A stretch of DNA of 63,980 nucleotides, the filler included, from Olpidium bornovanus S191 (taxonomy: Eukaryota; Fungi; Olpidiomycota), in NCBI GenBank assembly GCA_017911155.1. It is 24 parts of 24 records of this genome, joined end to end, with 100 filler letters (N's around TTAATTAATTAA, not from the genome) between each part and the next. Parts side by side here need not be neighbours in the genome. Positions count along the whole stretch, not along the records: positions 47,340 to 48,477 come from JAEFCI010012602.1; positions 48,578 to 49,841 come from JAEFCI010000213.1; positions 49,942 to 51,060 come from JAEFCI010013212.1; positions 51,161 to 54,429 come from JAEFCI010007278.1; positions 54,530 to 56,090 come from JAEFCI010004100.1; positions 56,191 to 59,227 come from JAEFCI010001473.1; 18 more parts are not named here. One strand, written 5' to 3'. The notes beneath the pieces were generated by a model. That model saw nothing but the letters and a program-made list of their open reading frames with translations, had not been told where the DNA came from and ran no database searches. The translations under genes were made by a program, and so were the position numbers. Shown in pieces: positions 47,240 through 58,023 of this stretch (position 1 is its first letter; the number at the start of each line of letters is the position of its first letter).

Positions 47240-48019
47240 NNNNNNNNNNNNNNNNNNNNNNNNNNNNNNNNNNNNNNNNNNNNTTAATTAATTAANNNNN
47301 NNNNNNNNNNNNNNNNNNNNNNNNNNNNNNNNNNNNNNNACTAAAGGGAAGCTTCTAACCCCCCCCCCCTCTCCCGCACCTCCGTCTTGGTCTCAGGATG
47401 TCGTCCGCCATATATACAACAGCCTGTTCAACCGAGGGCTTTCCGGATACAGCTCCATGGCCTGATTGGCTGGAGTGGCCATGCAGGCTGTTTTCTTTCT
47501 GGGGCTTTGAGGGAGGGGTCCTGCAAAGCTGCTCGACCGACCGTCAAGTGCGGGACACCCTCGGGAAGGAAAAAACGGCGCGAAGGAACCGAAGCGTTAA
47601 TTTCGTCGCTTTCGCGGTCACATTGTGCATAGGGCGCTTGTCCGGACTCATTTTTCTTCTGTACCATTTGTCCCGCACTAGAACCCGTCCAACCCTTACT
47701 GAAGCCAGTGCCGCTCTCTCACGCCGCAGTGGCTCGCGCGAGGTTCCAATTGTAAACCGGTGGTTTTTTAAGCCGCGTGGGGAAATTTGTGCGCGATCCG
47801 CGCCAAATTCTTCCCATCCCTTTGGCGTGCTCAAGTGGGCGAAGCAAGCCCGAGCGAAACTCGCAGTGTTCTCTGCCTTGCGGCGGTCGCCCTGACTGCC
47901 GAAAAAGCCTAATCATTCGATTTCATGGGCCTGTGCATTGTGCCACAGGTAGTCCCGCTATGCTCAATAATAGATACGAATGGTTCAGTGGGGCGGGAAC
48001 AGGGCGGGGGTTTACGCGG

Positions 48020-48343
48020 TTATGTCGGTATTGTAGGCGGTGCCTGGTTTTGATTTTGTAAGGGAACGGCGGCCGCGGGCCTCGGGCTCGACGGCGCCGC
48101 CGATGCCGGCCGTGAAGCCAGCGGCGCGGCCGGGGGCCGCGGCGATGCCACACCAATGGAATTGCCGACCCGGATCAGCGTCTCCAGGCACTGGGCCGAG
48201 TTGTTGACCAGGTCCGAGTCCATTGTTATTCGCCCAGGTTGGAAAAGCAACAGCACCGTCGATCCGCCGAAGGCGAAGTAGCCGTGATTGTCCCCCCGCT
48301 TCAGCGGGACACCTGGGGTGGACGTCAACACGATTGACCCGAC
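48020..48343 (-). CDS. PSD2: Phosphatidylserine decarboxylase, last exon
   Basis: VGSIVLT...KRGDNHGYFAFGGSTVLLLFQPGRITMDSDLVNNSAQCLETLIRVGNSIG contains the GGST autocleavage motif. Confidence 0.93.
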   Translation of the reverse strand, partial: VGSIVLTSTPGVPLKRGDNHGYFAFGGSTVLLLFQPGRITMDSDLVNNSAQCLETLIRVGNSIGVASPRPPAAPLASRPASAAPSSPRPAAAVPLQNQNQAPPTIPT

Positions 48344-48415
48344 CTTCGAGGCCGAGGGGAGGGAAGGTTGACCGTATATATGTCCGCAGAATGAGAAAAT
48401 ATCAGGCGGGTTCAG

Positions 48416-48471
<56 letters not shown>

Positions 48472-48579
48472 CGGAACNNNNNNNNNNNNNNNNNNNNNNN
48501 NNNNNNNNNNNNNNNNNNNNNTTAATTAATTAANNNNNNNNNNNNNNNNNNNNNNNNNNNNNNNNNNNNNNNNNNNNCC

Positions 48580-48800
48580 ATGGCAGGAAAAATACTGAAG
48601 GTGGAGCCGGACAACCAATGGGAAAAAACTGACCCCACGAAGTGCCGAGAGCTGATCGGGGGCCCCTTGTACATCACCATGCGTGCACGCCCTGATGTCG
48701 CTTTTGTCGTCAGACATCTCGGCCAAACGGCAGGCGGAACCCCGCGCGCTGGAATGGACACCCGCAAACATCTTCAAATGCCTGTCAGGCAACAGAAGGT
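48580..48800 (+). mobile_element. Copia RT relic
   Basis: KCRELIGGPLYITMRARPDVAFVVRHLGQ (compare YRELIGSLLY..TRPDIAFAV..L). Confidence 0.65.
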
Positions 48801-49502
48801 TGGCGGTGCCATCGCTGATCTTGCTGATGCCGAAAAACAATACTTTCTGTCGACGACAAACGAGGCACTTGTCCAAAACGGAAACAAAATTCCTCGAATA
48901 TCGTAACTTTTTTAAGCGCTGCAACCCAATTCGCGCGTACCAAAAAAAAAAAAAAAAAAAAAAGAGAATACCGCCCCCGGGTCTCGTTTAATTACTGCAC
49001 GATGCGAGCTTCGACGAATAAGTGAGTTATGTCCGTATCCGAGTTTCCCCGCTGTTGCCCTCTTGTACACTTTGCGCGGCGGTTGATCCACTCGGTGTGC
49101 AGGAGATAGAGTTCGAGGCTTTAGGGAGGGGAGCCGGAGTGAAGCGAAAGGCCGGCAGATGCGCCGAATGCCATGGGAGGGGGAAGTCGAGGGCGCGCCA
49201 GGAAGCACGGTTAGGAGAGGGGGGGGGGGGGGTTGAGCTGCTAAGCTGAAACGGCGGAGAATGTGGGGCTGAGTCGATCCACCAATGGCATTTGACAGCC
49301 CCTTTGGAAACCTTCCCTTAGCGCGGGTTCGTTCGTGGCCGGGCACCGCGATAAGACCGATCACGACCCCATCCCAAGCAGGGACGTGATTATCACGCGG
49401 CCAAAACCACGAGGACTAGCCCGCAAAACCGTGCCTCCAGCCAAGACATCTTCGCTCATGGCAGACGTGGGTATACTATGTGATAAAGGAAGTATGATTT
49501 CC

Positions 49503-49841
49503 CTAAAAAACCGTGAGGAGAGCGAACACGGCGTAGAGGAGGCCCACCGGGTAGGCGACTAATATCCGCTGCTCGGACATGGAAAGCACAGTAACGAACA
49601 TAAGTGAAGCTGAGTAGGTGCACCAGAGGACGGAGAGGACGGCTAAGATGAGGCCGACGTAATTACTTTAGGAAGTTTCGGCGGGGGGAAAGCGAGAATG
49701 ACAGCGTCAGAAAATTCCGTGCATGCGTCACAAAAAAACACACACAAACGAAGCCTGCTACGCGCCAAGCGAAGGAAAAAAAACACCCACGACAGTTGCA
49801 GCAGCGTGCTCAGCGAGCTGAGGACCACCATCGGTAGGAGG
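49503..49841 (-). CDS. YIP1: Yip1-family Golgi membrane protein, C-terminal exons
   Basis: LLPMVVLSSL, then after an intron VLSVLWCTYSASLMFVTVLSMSEQRILVAYPVGLLYAVFALLTVF-stop. Confidence 0.88.
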
Positions 49842-49941
49842 NNNNNNNNNNNNNNNNNNNNNNNNNNNNNNNNNNNNNNNNNNNNTTAATTAATTAANNN
49901 NNNNNNNNNNNNNNNNNNNNNNNNNNNNNNNNNNNNNNNNN

Positions 49942-50913
49942 GAATCCTTTGACCCCGGGACGCCGAGGCCCCAGATTGCCATCCTGGGAGCCGGGAATGT
50001 GTACGGCGCCGCGTACGCGGTCTTCCTGACGATGCTGGTTTCGCTGCTGGTGATCGTCATGCAACCGCTCGCCGTCTTGTCCACGTCGGCGGAGTTGGCC
50101 CAGATCATCGCCGCGATGGAGATGTTCGACTACTCGCGTGATATCGACCACGAGCGGGCCGCGCTCCGGCTTCGGCAGCGCGAAGGTCCGATTTTTCCTC
50201 CTTCGTCTCAGCAGCAGCAGCAGAATCAGAACGGGTCCCCGCCGGCGGCGGCTCATCCTGGCTCCGCCGCCGCGTCAACTCTCCGGACGGTGACCGTGGA
50301 GCAACCGCTCGTCCTCTCCCTCATTGCCAACCAGGCGTATTTCTCAACCGGCCACCAGGCCACCATCAACTCCATCCAGTGGAGTGCGGGGCTGATCGGC
50401 CTCCACGAGGCGGACTTCGTCGTTTCTCCCGTGCTGGTCGCCCTCAACACTTTCGGGCCCCACATCCTCGCGGCGTGCGCGGTCCCCGCGCTGGCGCTCT
50501 GGAAGCTCTCGCCGCGGGACACCTTCAACGCCGCGACCGCCGCCGCCGCCGCCGCCGCCGCTCCGCCTTTTTCTTCTTCTTTTTCCTCCTCCTCCTCTCC
50601 GCCTCCCTCTTCTTTGCGCACGAGGCCCGAGCGCCGCGAGACCCGCCGCCGCCAGCCAGCCGACCAGATCCTGAGGGCGGCGCTGCTGTACCTCCTCGTG
50701 ACCGTCGGCGCGTCCGCCGGCGCGTCGAGTTTCTGGACCGCGTGGTTCCGGCGGCACCTGATGGTGTGGAAGGTGTTCGCGCCCCGGTGGATGTTCGCCG
50801 CGGCGTCTGCCGTGGTCGGGGCGCTGGCCGTGGTCGTCCTCGCGGTGCCAGTGGCCGCGGCGAGGGTTCTGGACCGCGTGCACGCCGCATTCCGCAAGCT
50901 GGTGATCGCGTAG
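49942..50913 (+). CDS. GPI13: GPI ethanolamine-phosphate transferase 3 (PIG-O), C-terminal part
   Basis: YFSTGHQATINSIQW, SPVLVALNTFG and RRHLMVWKVFAPRW. Confidence 0.92.
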   Translation, partial: ESFDPGTPRPQIAILGAGNVYGAAYAVFLTMLVSLLVIVMQPLAVLSTSAELAQIIAAMEMFDYSRDIDHERAALRLRQREGPIFPPSSQQQQQNQNGSPPAAAHPGSAAASTLRTVTVEQPLVLSLIANQAYFSTGHQATINSIQWSAGLIGLHEADFVVSPVLVALNTFGPHILAACAVPALALWKLSPRDTFNAATAAAAAAAAPPFSSSFSSSSSPPPSSLRTRPERRETRRRQPADQILRAALLYLLVTVGASAGASSFWTAWFRRHLMVWKVFAPRWMFAAASAVVGALAVVVLAVPVAAARVLDRVHAAFRKLVIA

Positions 50914-51021
50914 CGCGCTGCGCCACCCGCCAGCCCGCGCGCGCGCGCGTCAAGGGCGGGAGCGGGGGCGCGGAGAGAGGAGGGGAAGGGGGGGGGGGGG
51001 GGGGGGGGGGGGGGGGAAAAA

Positions 51022-51054
<33 letters not shown>

Positions 51055-51160
51055 CGCCCANNNNNNNNNNNNNNNNNNNNNNNNNNNNNNNNNNNNNNNN
51101 NNNNTTAATTAATTAANNNNNNNNNNNNNNNNNNNNNNNNNNNNNNNNNNNNNNNNNNNN

Positions 51161-51330
51161 CATCGTGCAAGAGCGAACATATTTTTTCACGGAGACGTGC
51201 ATTCCTGGCCAGTAATAGTTCTGGCGGAAGATGTGCAAGTGTCCGCGAGGAGACGATGTGGCCTGACAGCAGATGATCATGGTGAAGCACGATCAATTCG
51301 TGGCGTAAGGCCTGAGGGACGAAGACCTGT
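51161..51330 (-). mobile_element. Gypsy integrase H2C2 zinc-binding region relic
   Basis: VFVPQALRHELIVLHHDHLLSGH...RTLAHL, frameshifted before the CxxC. Confidence 0.65.
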
Positions 51331-52389
51331 ATGCACGGCACCAGAGAAATGAATGAAAGTTTTTTTTTTTTCATAACGACCGCGTTTTGCGGCGTTCAAA
51401 CGCGAGGCGAAGCGTCCTTTCCACCCTCCTTTTTCGTCTGCGCGTGGGTCTCTCTCTCAAGCAGCAACTGTGACGCGGCCGGCGCGCGGGCCGCGTCGAA
51501 CCAGCGCGCGGTGAACCGCGGAACGACGTGGGGCGGCTTCATGGGTCGGCCCCATGGGTCAGGAGGGGCCCGCGCGTTCACGGTGATGCCGTCTTCCCCA
51601 CAGACCCGAGGACACAACGTGCCTTGCCCTCTGCAGAAACCGCACCGTGGGTGCGAAAATGGAGTCGAAAGGAAATCTCCAGCCGGCGTTCTGCGAGCAT
51701 GTTTGACGGGGGATCCCAAATGCGTTCGAAGACCAGCTTTGGTCGCCGGACTCGGATCAGATGCAGAACAAAACACAAAAAAGAGGCGAGAAATCGGCAC
51801 AATCAGACGGCCTAGCGCAGTGCAACGACGTACCGCGCCTATTGAGGAGAGGAAATAAGGCGCCAAACTCAGCCGGTTCCGCAAAAGTAACCGTTGCCCG
51901 GGGAACATCACGCGAGGGGAATTTGACAAGTTCCCCTTTTTGTTTTAAGGAAAACAAAACTCTTGTGAAAAAAAAAAAAACCGTCGTGCGCACGTCTGGT
52001 TCCTTGTGAGATTTGCTTTTTTCCACCCGCCGGCCTCAGCTGGCCTCCTGGGGTGAACACCGAACAGACAGGGCCGCGTCCGCGACCGGCGCCCGCGTCT
52101 TGGGATTTCAAATCCCCGCGCGCCCGCAAGCTCCTCCTCTCGCCAAGCACAACCGCGGCCGACACACCCCGGCCGCCTTGGCGCTGGCACCCCCCGCACT
52201 TTAGTTTTTCTTCGTGCGCGATCCGCCGCGGAAAAAAAAAGAGGTGGGGGGGGAAGGACGCGAGGCCCGTTTTCCTATTTCAAAAACGCGCTTTCCCCCG
52301 GTTGCGCCGGCGGGCGCGTGGTGCCGGAAAACTGTGAGCTCCCCAGGCAAGTTCCAAAAACAGGCATGGGAAAACCGCGAGCCGCAAAT

Positions 52390-52425
<36 letters not shown>

Positions 52426-52493
52426 TTCTTGTAGGAAGTAAAGGGGGAAACACAAAGGGGAAAAACGACCGCGCACCGCGCACACCAAGCCCC

Positions 52494-52675
52494 TGTTGCT
52501 CCCTTGTAGAATCCCTAGTTCCCCGTCATATAAAATAGGCCTAGACGAGATAGCAACGCCACGCTCTGAATACAGCTCTTCCCTGCCTCCGCGCTCGCGC
52601 CGGCTTCCCTTGTTCTCCCCTTCTTTTCTCTTCCCTTCGGCTCCCGGCTCGATCCGCGGCTCCCAAATTACAACA
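52494..52675 (+). mobile_element. Short LTR-like sequence (182 bp)
   Basis: TGTTG...CAACA termini, with TATAAAA near 52528 and a pyrimidine-rich 3' part. No matching TSD. Confidence 0.35.
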
Positions 52676-53166
52676 CTTCTCTCCGCCCTCCTCTCCTCAC
52701 CCGCGGGGCAATAGGGTGGCTTGGATACCGGTTCTCCTCTTTCTCGAACGGGTGAAGAAAATCGGCGCGTTTTATCGGATTATCCATTGATCGACCAGTG
52801 CCGGGGTTTGAACTTAACGTCTGCACACCGCCGGAAGCCGGTTTCAACGGGCGGAAAACGGAAAGGGATGTCTTCTATTCGTCTTCTCTTGATTGTGCAA
52901 ACGGGGGGGTAGTGCCGGGAAGGAAAAGAGCCTGCTCACGGGGGGAAAAGGGTAGTGATATGGTACAGATGCAATTCTGCCACCAGAGAGGGAAATCTGA
53001 CAAGGGGATAATCGGGAGGAAAAAAAAAACAAGTGTCCCAAAGTAACAGGAATCTCCAAGACGACAGAGAAAGGATTTGTGCAAACTGCCGTTAATAAAT
53101 ACGAAACAGAAAAGAAAAAAAAAGACGAACGCGTCCAGCGCTCCGTCGTCGACGCCGCAGCGAAAG

Positions 53167-54429
53167 TCAAAGGCAGCGGGGCGCCGCCGACGGTCCCTCG
53201 TCAGGGAGGCCGTGTATTCTCCTCCAACCCCCAAAATGTTCGAGGTACCGTCGGAGGCCCTGACGTCCGCACCTCCGCAGGCAGTCGTCGGCGATGTCGA
53301 CGCACACGTCGACGAGGTCGGCGATCTGGCCGGTGATAATTGACCGGGAGCAAAGCCTGGACCGTATTACTGCGGAGTCAGCCGACACTACCGCCGGAGA
53401 TGGCGGCAAGGAATTCTGCACCCGCCGGGAAGCAGTAGACGGCGACGTCGACGACGACGATGTAGCCGGGAGCTGGACCGGCGGGAGAAACAGCTGGATG
53501 TTGCAGCACGTGCACACCTCGTCGTCCGGCGCAGTCAGTGTGGAGACGTCCGAGTCCGGGTAGCCGTCCCGGTGGTCGATGACGTCGGCAAACTTTTCCG
53601 GCAATGAGGACGACGTCCCCGGAAGTTGTGCCGCGTCATCCATTCCGGCAGCCAACGCGTACTGCGTGGCCTGCCGATGCTGCTCCTTAAGCCACCGTTG
53701 CAGGCCCAGCGTGGCGGGTATACCTTCGACAAGGCTCTCGGGAAGGTAGTAGAGCGAGGTCAGGAACACGTGCCGCGCGTATTCCAGGACGTAACTTTTG
53801 ACCAGCGGGGAGTTGAACCGCAGGGGATCCTCCGCGATAACGTGCGCGGCGTTGACGTACGCGACGATCCGCTGCGGCGTCGGAGGGAAGATCGGCGGAA
53901 GTTCGTTCCATACAATCCGCAGTTGCCGTCTCGGCAGGGGGTGCGGTATTACGGCCAGCTGGTGCCCAAAGGACGCGTCTTCTGCCGGAGGGAAATATTG
54001 CAGCCGATCGAAATCCTCCAGATCAAACGACGGCGACGAACAGTAGGGCGGGTAGGACGGGAGCAGCGCCGGCGGGGCGGAAGACCGCCGCCGGCGTATG
54101 ATCTGCTCGAAACCTGGGAAGTCTGGCGGCGCCGTCGCCTCGGGCGAAACGCCCTTCTCTGCAGAAAAGCGGTCCGCTTCGCGCCAGAACAAATCCGCAA
54201 AACAACCGGAGGACTCGGCATTCTCCAGCGCGGTCGGCAGCGAACCCGTCGTGCTACACCGCGTGATCTGCCGGCATTCGACCTCGTCGGTGCCGTAGAC
54301 GGATGTGAACGAGAAACTTCGACTGTCCCGCCGACGGGATGCATCCTGGTCGTCCTCCGTCATCTGATTCGAACGCGGCGGCGAAAGCCCGGAGAATTCT
54401 GAAGGAGTTCGCGCGAACCAGGACGCATG
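53167..54429 (-). CDS. Hypothetical protein, open to the contig end
   Basis: An uninterrupted frame of about 420 codons with a globular-looking core (LRIVWNELPPIFP...VKSYVLEYARHVFLTSLYYLP...LQRWLKEQH). No family recognised. Confidence 0.55.
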   Translation of the reverse strand, partial: HASWFARTPSEFSGLSPPRSNQMTEDDQDASRRRDSRSFSFTSVYGTDEVECRQITRCSTTGSLPTALENAESSGCFADLFWREADRFSAEKGVSPEATAPPDFPGFEQIIRRRRSSAPPALLPSYPPYCSSPSFDLEDFDRLQYFPPAEDASFGHQLAVIPHPLPRRQLRIVWNELPPIFPPTPQRIVAYVNAAHVIAEDPLRFNSPLVKSYVLEYARHVFLTSLYYLPESLVEGIPATLGLQRWLKEQHRQATQYALAAGMDDAAQLPGTSSSLPEKFADVIDHRDGYPDSDVSTLTAPDDEVCTCCNIQLFLPPVQLPATSSSSTSPSTASRRVQNSLPPSPAVVSADSAVIRSRLCSRSIITGQIADLVDVCVDIADDCLRRCGRQGLRRYLEHFGGWRRIHGLPDEGPSAAPRCL

Positions 54430-54810
54430 NNNNNNNNNNNNNNNNNNNNNNNNNNNNNNNNNNNNNNNNNNNNTTAATTAATTAANNNNNNNNNNNNNNN
54501 NNNNNNNNNNNNNNNNNNNNNNNNNNNNNAATGATTTATACTGCAGCTAATATTCGGATATGTATATCTATAGGTTGCTTAATAGCAATATGATGCGTAG
54601 TGACAATATACTATATAATTTAATTAATAAATATGCCAATTGCAATCATGCCAATTGTCACTCTGGCAAAAAGAAAAAAAAAGAAAAAAAAGAAAAAAAA
54701 GGAAAAAAAAAGAAATAAAAAGAAAAAAAAAAAGAAAAAGGCTTTTTTTTACAGCCGGCAGACGTCAAAAAAAACTCTCTTCTTTCCTTCCTTCCTTCCT
54801 TCTTCCTGCA

Positions 54811-55105
54811 GATCACGATGCCGATCACGATTCCGATCGCGACGCCGATCACGATGCCTTCGCTCCTTTTTCTGCCAGTAACGATGCTGATCACGATGCC
54901 GATCACGATGCCGATCACGATGCCGATCACGATGCCGATAGCGACGCCTTCGCTCCTTTTTTCTGCCAGTCACGATACCAATTACGATGCCGACCACAAT
55001 GCCGATCACGGTGCCGATCACGGTGCCGATCACAATGGCGATCGCGATGCCAACTGTGATGCCTTCGTTCCTTTTTTCTCTCAATCACGATGCCGGCACG
55101 ATGTC
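54811..55105. repeat. Higher-order repeat: blocks of 12-bp GATCACGATGCC units separated by a ~24-25-bp TTCGCTCCTTTTT(T)CTGCCAGTCAC spacer
   Basis: Three blocks of 12-mers, each followed by the spacer, are visible directly. Confidence 0.9.
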
Positions 55106-56435
55106 TTCTGATAACCGTTGAGCCCTTTTGACACCGGATATGTATTTTCGCTAGGTTTTGCCAATGCGGATGGGGGGAGTATTGGGCTATATCAACACCT
55201 TCCTTCTGACGATAAAGCCCCTTGAGTCCATTTGACACCGGATGTGTATTGGAAAGATATGTAACCTATGTGGTACGGCAACTTCCTTCCTTCGGCGATC
55301 TTTTAGCGGAGATAACCCACGCTTCCGGCAGAAGCCGGTCAGCCGCCACACACCCCACCTGCCCCATTGGGTGGGACCGGCCATAACCGGCACAACGTCA
55401 CCTCCTGCCACCATGCATAGCGCAACAAAAAAAATAGATGTTGGCGCCCGCCTAAAAGAAAGCAAAATAGAAATCGAAAACGATACGCCGGCAGCTTCAC
55501 AAAAAAAGAAAAAAGAAATACAAAACAACGACGACGGCACGACGAGGGCCGATGACGCCGACCGTGTCACATGGTGATGGTCCCGACCACGCCACCTGGT
55601 GGCGACGACGACGATGAAGACGACGGTGCCGACCGCGCCACACGGTGGTACCGACGACAACGGCGTCATCCACGGCGACGACGGCAGCAACAAGGAGATG
55701 GCACCAATGACGGCGACGAGGACGACGAGGATTACGACGATGAGGGCGGCGGCGGCGGCGGCACCAAATGCTTTGTTCTTTGCGTTGTTCTCCGAGCGCT
55801 GTCCTCCGCGCTGTTTCTGCGAGAAACAGTGAGGGTTCATAGTCAATATTCATGTTTTTGAAAGCTTTTGTTTACTTGTCCGTCCTGAAGCCTGGCCTGA
55901 AAACGGAAACAAAAACAAAAGGTCCTGGGAAAAAATGCTTCCTGTTTTTCGTTAACGTTGCTCGTGAATTAGGCTTACCGCCGGTTTGGCCGTGAAGTTA
56001 AAAGCACTGTCTTCTGCCCTGTCCTTTGCCGTCGTGTCCAGTCCTCCGCACAGTCCTCTGGACTGTTCTCCGCGCTTGTCCGGACGCATGNNNNNNNNNN
56101 NNNNNNNNNNNNNNNNNNNNNNNNNNNNNNNNNNTTAATTAATTAANNNNNNNNNNNNNNNNNNNNNNNNNNNNNNNNNNNNNNNNNNNNGCATGGGGTC
56201 TCCAACGAAGTCAGAAAAAAAAAAACCAAAAATCTCACAGCCGTCAGGCCAAGACCCGGCATTTGCCGTGCTGCCCGGCGAAGTGCTTTCTTTTTTCCAC
56301 CGAAAACAACACGCACCGCTTCCCCGGCCCCGCCACGTTCCCTCTCTCTCTCTTCCCCCACCCCAGATCCCACCACTTTTTTTTTTTGCTTTTCTTCCCC
56401 CTTCCCTCATCTCTCCCCCACCCCGCGCCGCCGCG

Positions 56436-58023
56436 ATGCGCACGAGGCTCCGTCTGGGAAGGAAGCTGTACGTACGTTTTCCCCGGGCAGAGCACAAAAA
56501 AAAACGTTTTCAACCCTTACTTCCCCTCTCCCCCTCCGCCCGCTCCACGTCTTTTCGGGACGCGTTCGGCCCCCCCCCTTCCCCCCCGTCCCCCCCGCGG
56601 ATCTCTTTTCACCTCGACGAAACCCGGCCGGACCAACAATAAGCGGAGCCCCTCCCTCCCATTTCTTCCCGCCGCCGCCGCCTTCTCTCTGTTTTTTGCG
56701 AATCATTCTTTTTTCTTTTTCACTTTTTACCTGACCCCGGCTTTTCCCCCTTTTTCCCTTCTTCCCCCCCCCCGCCCCCCGCACGCGCCCGCCCCCCACT
56801 TCCACAACGGGCCCGCGCTCCGTTTTTTTTCCCGGGCTGGCGGGGGCAAAAAAAAAAAAAAAAAAAAAAAAAGGAAAGTCCTCCTGCACATCCAGTCGCC
56901 CGCCGAGTCCAAGGCCCGGTGCGCGACGTCGAACGAGCCGTGGGTTTCCAGCGAGGAATTCATGGCCCAGATCAGCCTCGCGGCGCGCAACGAGCCGCGG
57001 GAGTGCCTCCGCGTGGTCAACGTCGTCGCCGAGCGGTTACAGGACAGGGGGAAGGACTGGAGGCACGTGTACAAGGTCCGGCCGTGCTTTTTTGTTTCGC
57101 TTTGTTTTTTTTTTCTTTATGGAAGAAAAAAATTGTAAACGCGTCCCGCCGTCAAGGAAGAAAGGGCCCGAAAATGTGAAAAATAACACGTTCTAGTTCT
57201 TTTCTTTTAATATAATAAAAATTATCCCCCTCCCCCAGGCGCTCATTCTCATCGACTACCTCCTCAGGACGGGGCCCAACCAGGTCGTGACCGAGTTTCG
57301 GGTGCACGCGCACCACCTGCGGGCACTGGAGGACTTCTCGTACGTCGACGACGACGGACGAGACCAAGGGCTGCACAGTTGAGTCTAGGAGAAACTGTCC
57401 AGGCCCCCGCCCCCTTTTTTTTTTTTTTTTTTTTTGTTGTTTATCCGACCTGCGGCTGAACGGGGGAGCCGTGCGTATTCCTGTATTACCCCTCCCCTCT
57501 GTCAAGTACGGTCCAGGGCGGCGGCGCTCTTGGCCATACTCGAGCAGAAGAGCCGATCCGCGGAAGGGCGGGAAAAAGAACGTATGGGACATGGCGTCTC
57601 GCCTTCCGCTCAGCAGGAAGTCGCACGCCTTTATCCCCTGAGCCAAAACCCCCCGCGTCCGACCCCCCCCCCCCCCCCCCCCCTCGTTTCGCGAATTCTT
57701 TTTTTTTATTTTACGCAGCGCAAATACAAAGAATCGGTACGTTGGTGCAGATGCCGGCGGAAGCGGAGAGCCCTGCGGCGGGCGCTGTCTCCGGCGGGAA
57801 CGTCCGAACGGGGTCGAACCAGTCCTGCACGGGCCCCGGCCTCGAACGACCAGAAAAGAGCGCCGGGCGGTTCGCGGAAAGCGACGCCGGCGAACGCCTG
57901 TTCTCCGCCGCCGGTTTCCCCGTCGGCCAGCCCGTCACAACGATAAAGCGGATGGTGGAGGAGTTTGACCCTCTCTGTCAAGGTGAAAATTTTCGACTCC
58001 TCCTCCTCATCGATGGGGAATAG
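56436..58023 (+). CDS. Epsin-family ENTH-domain protein, spliced
   Basis: MRTRLRLGRKLY, intron, SPAESKARCATSNEPW...RLQDRGKDWRHVYK, intron, ALILIDYLLRTG...DFSYVDDDGRDQG, then VRSRAAALLAIL. The 3' end is uncertain. Confidence 0.85.
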
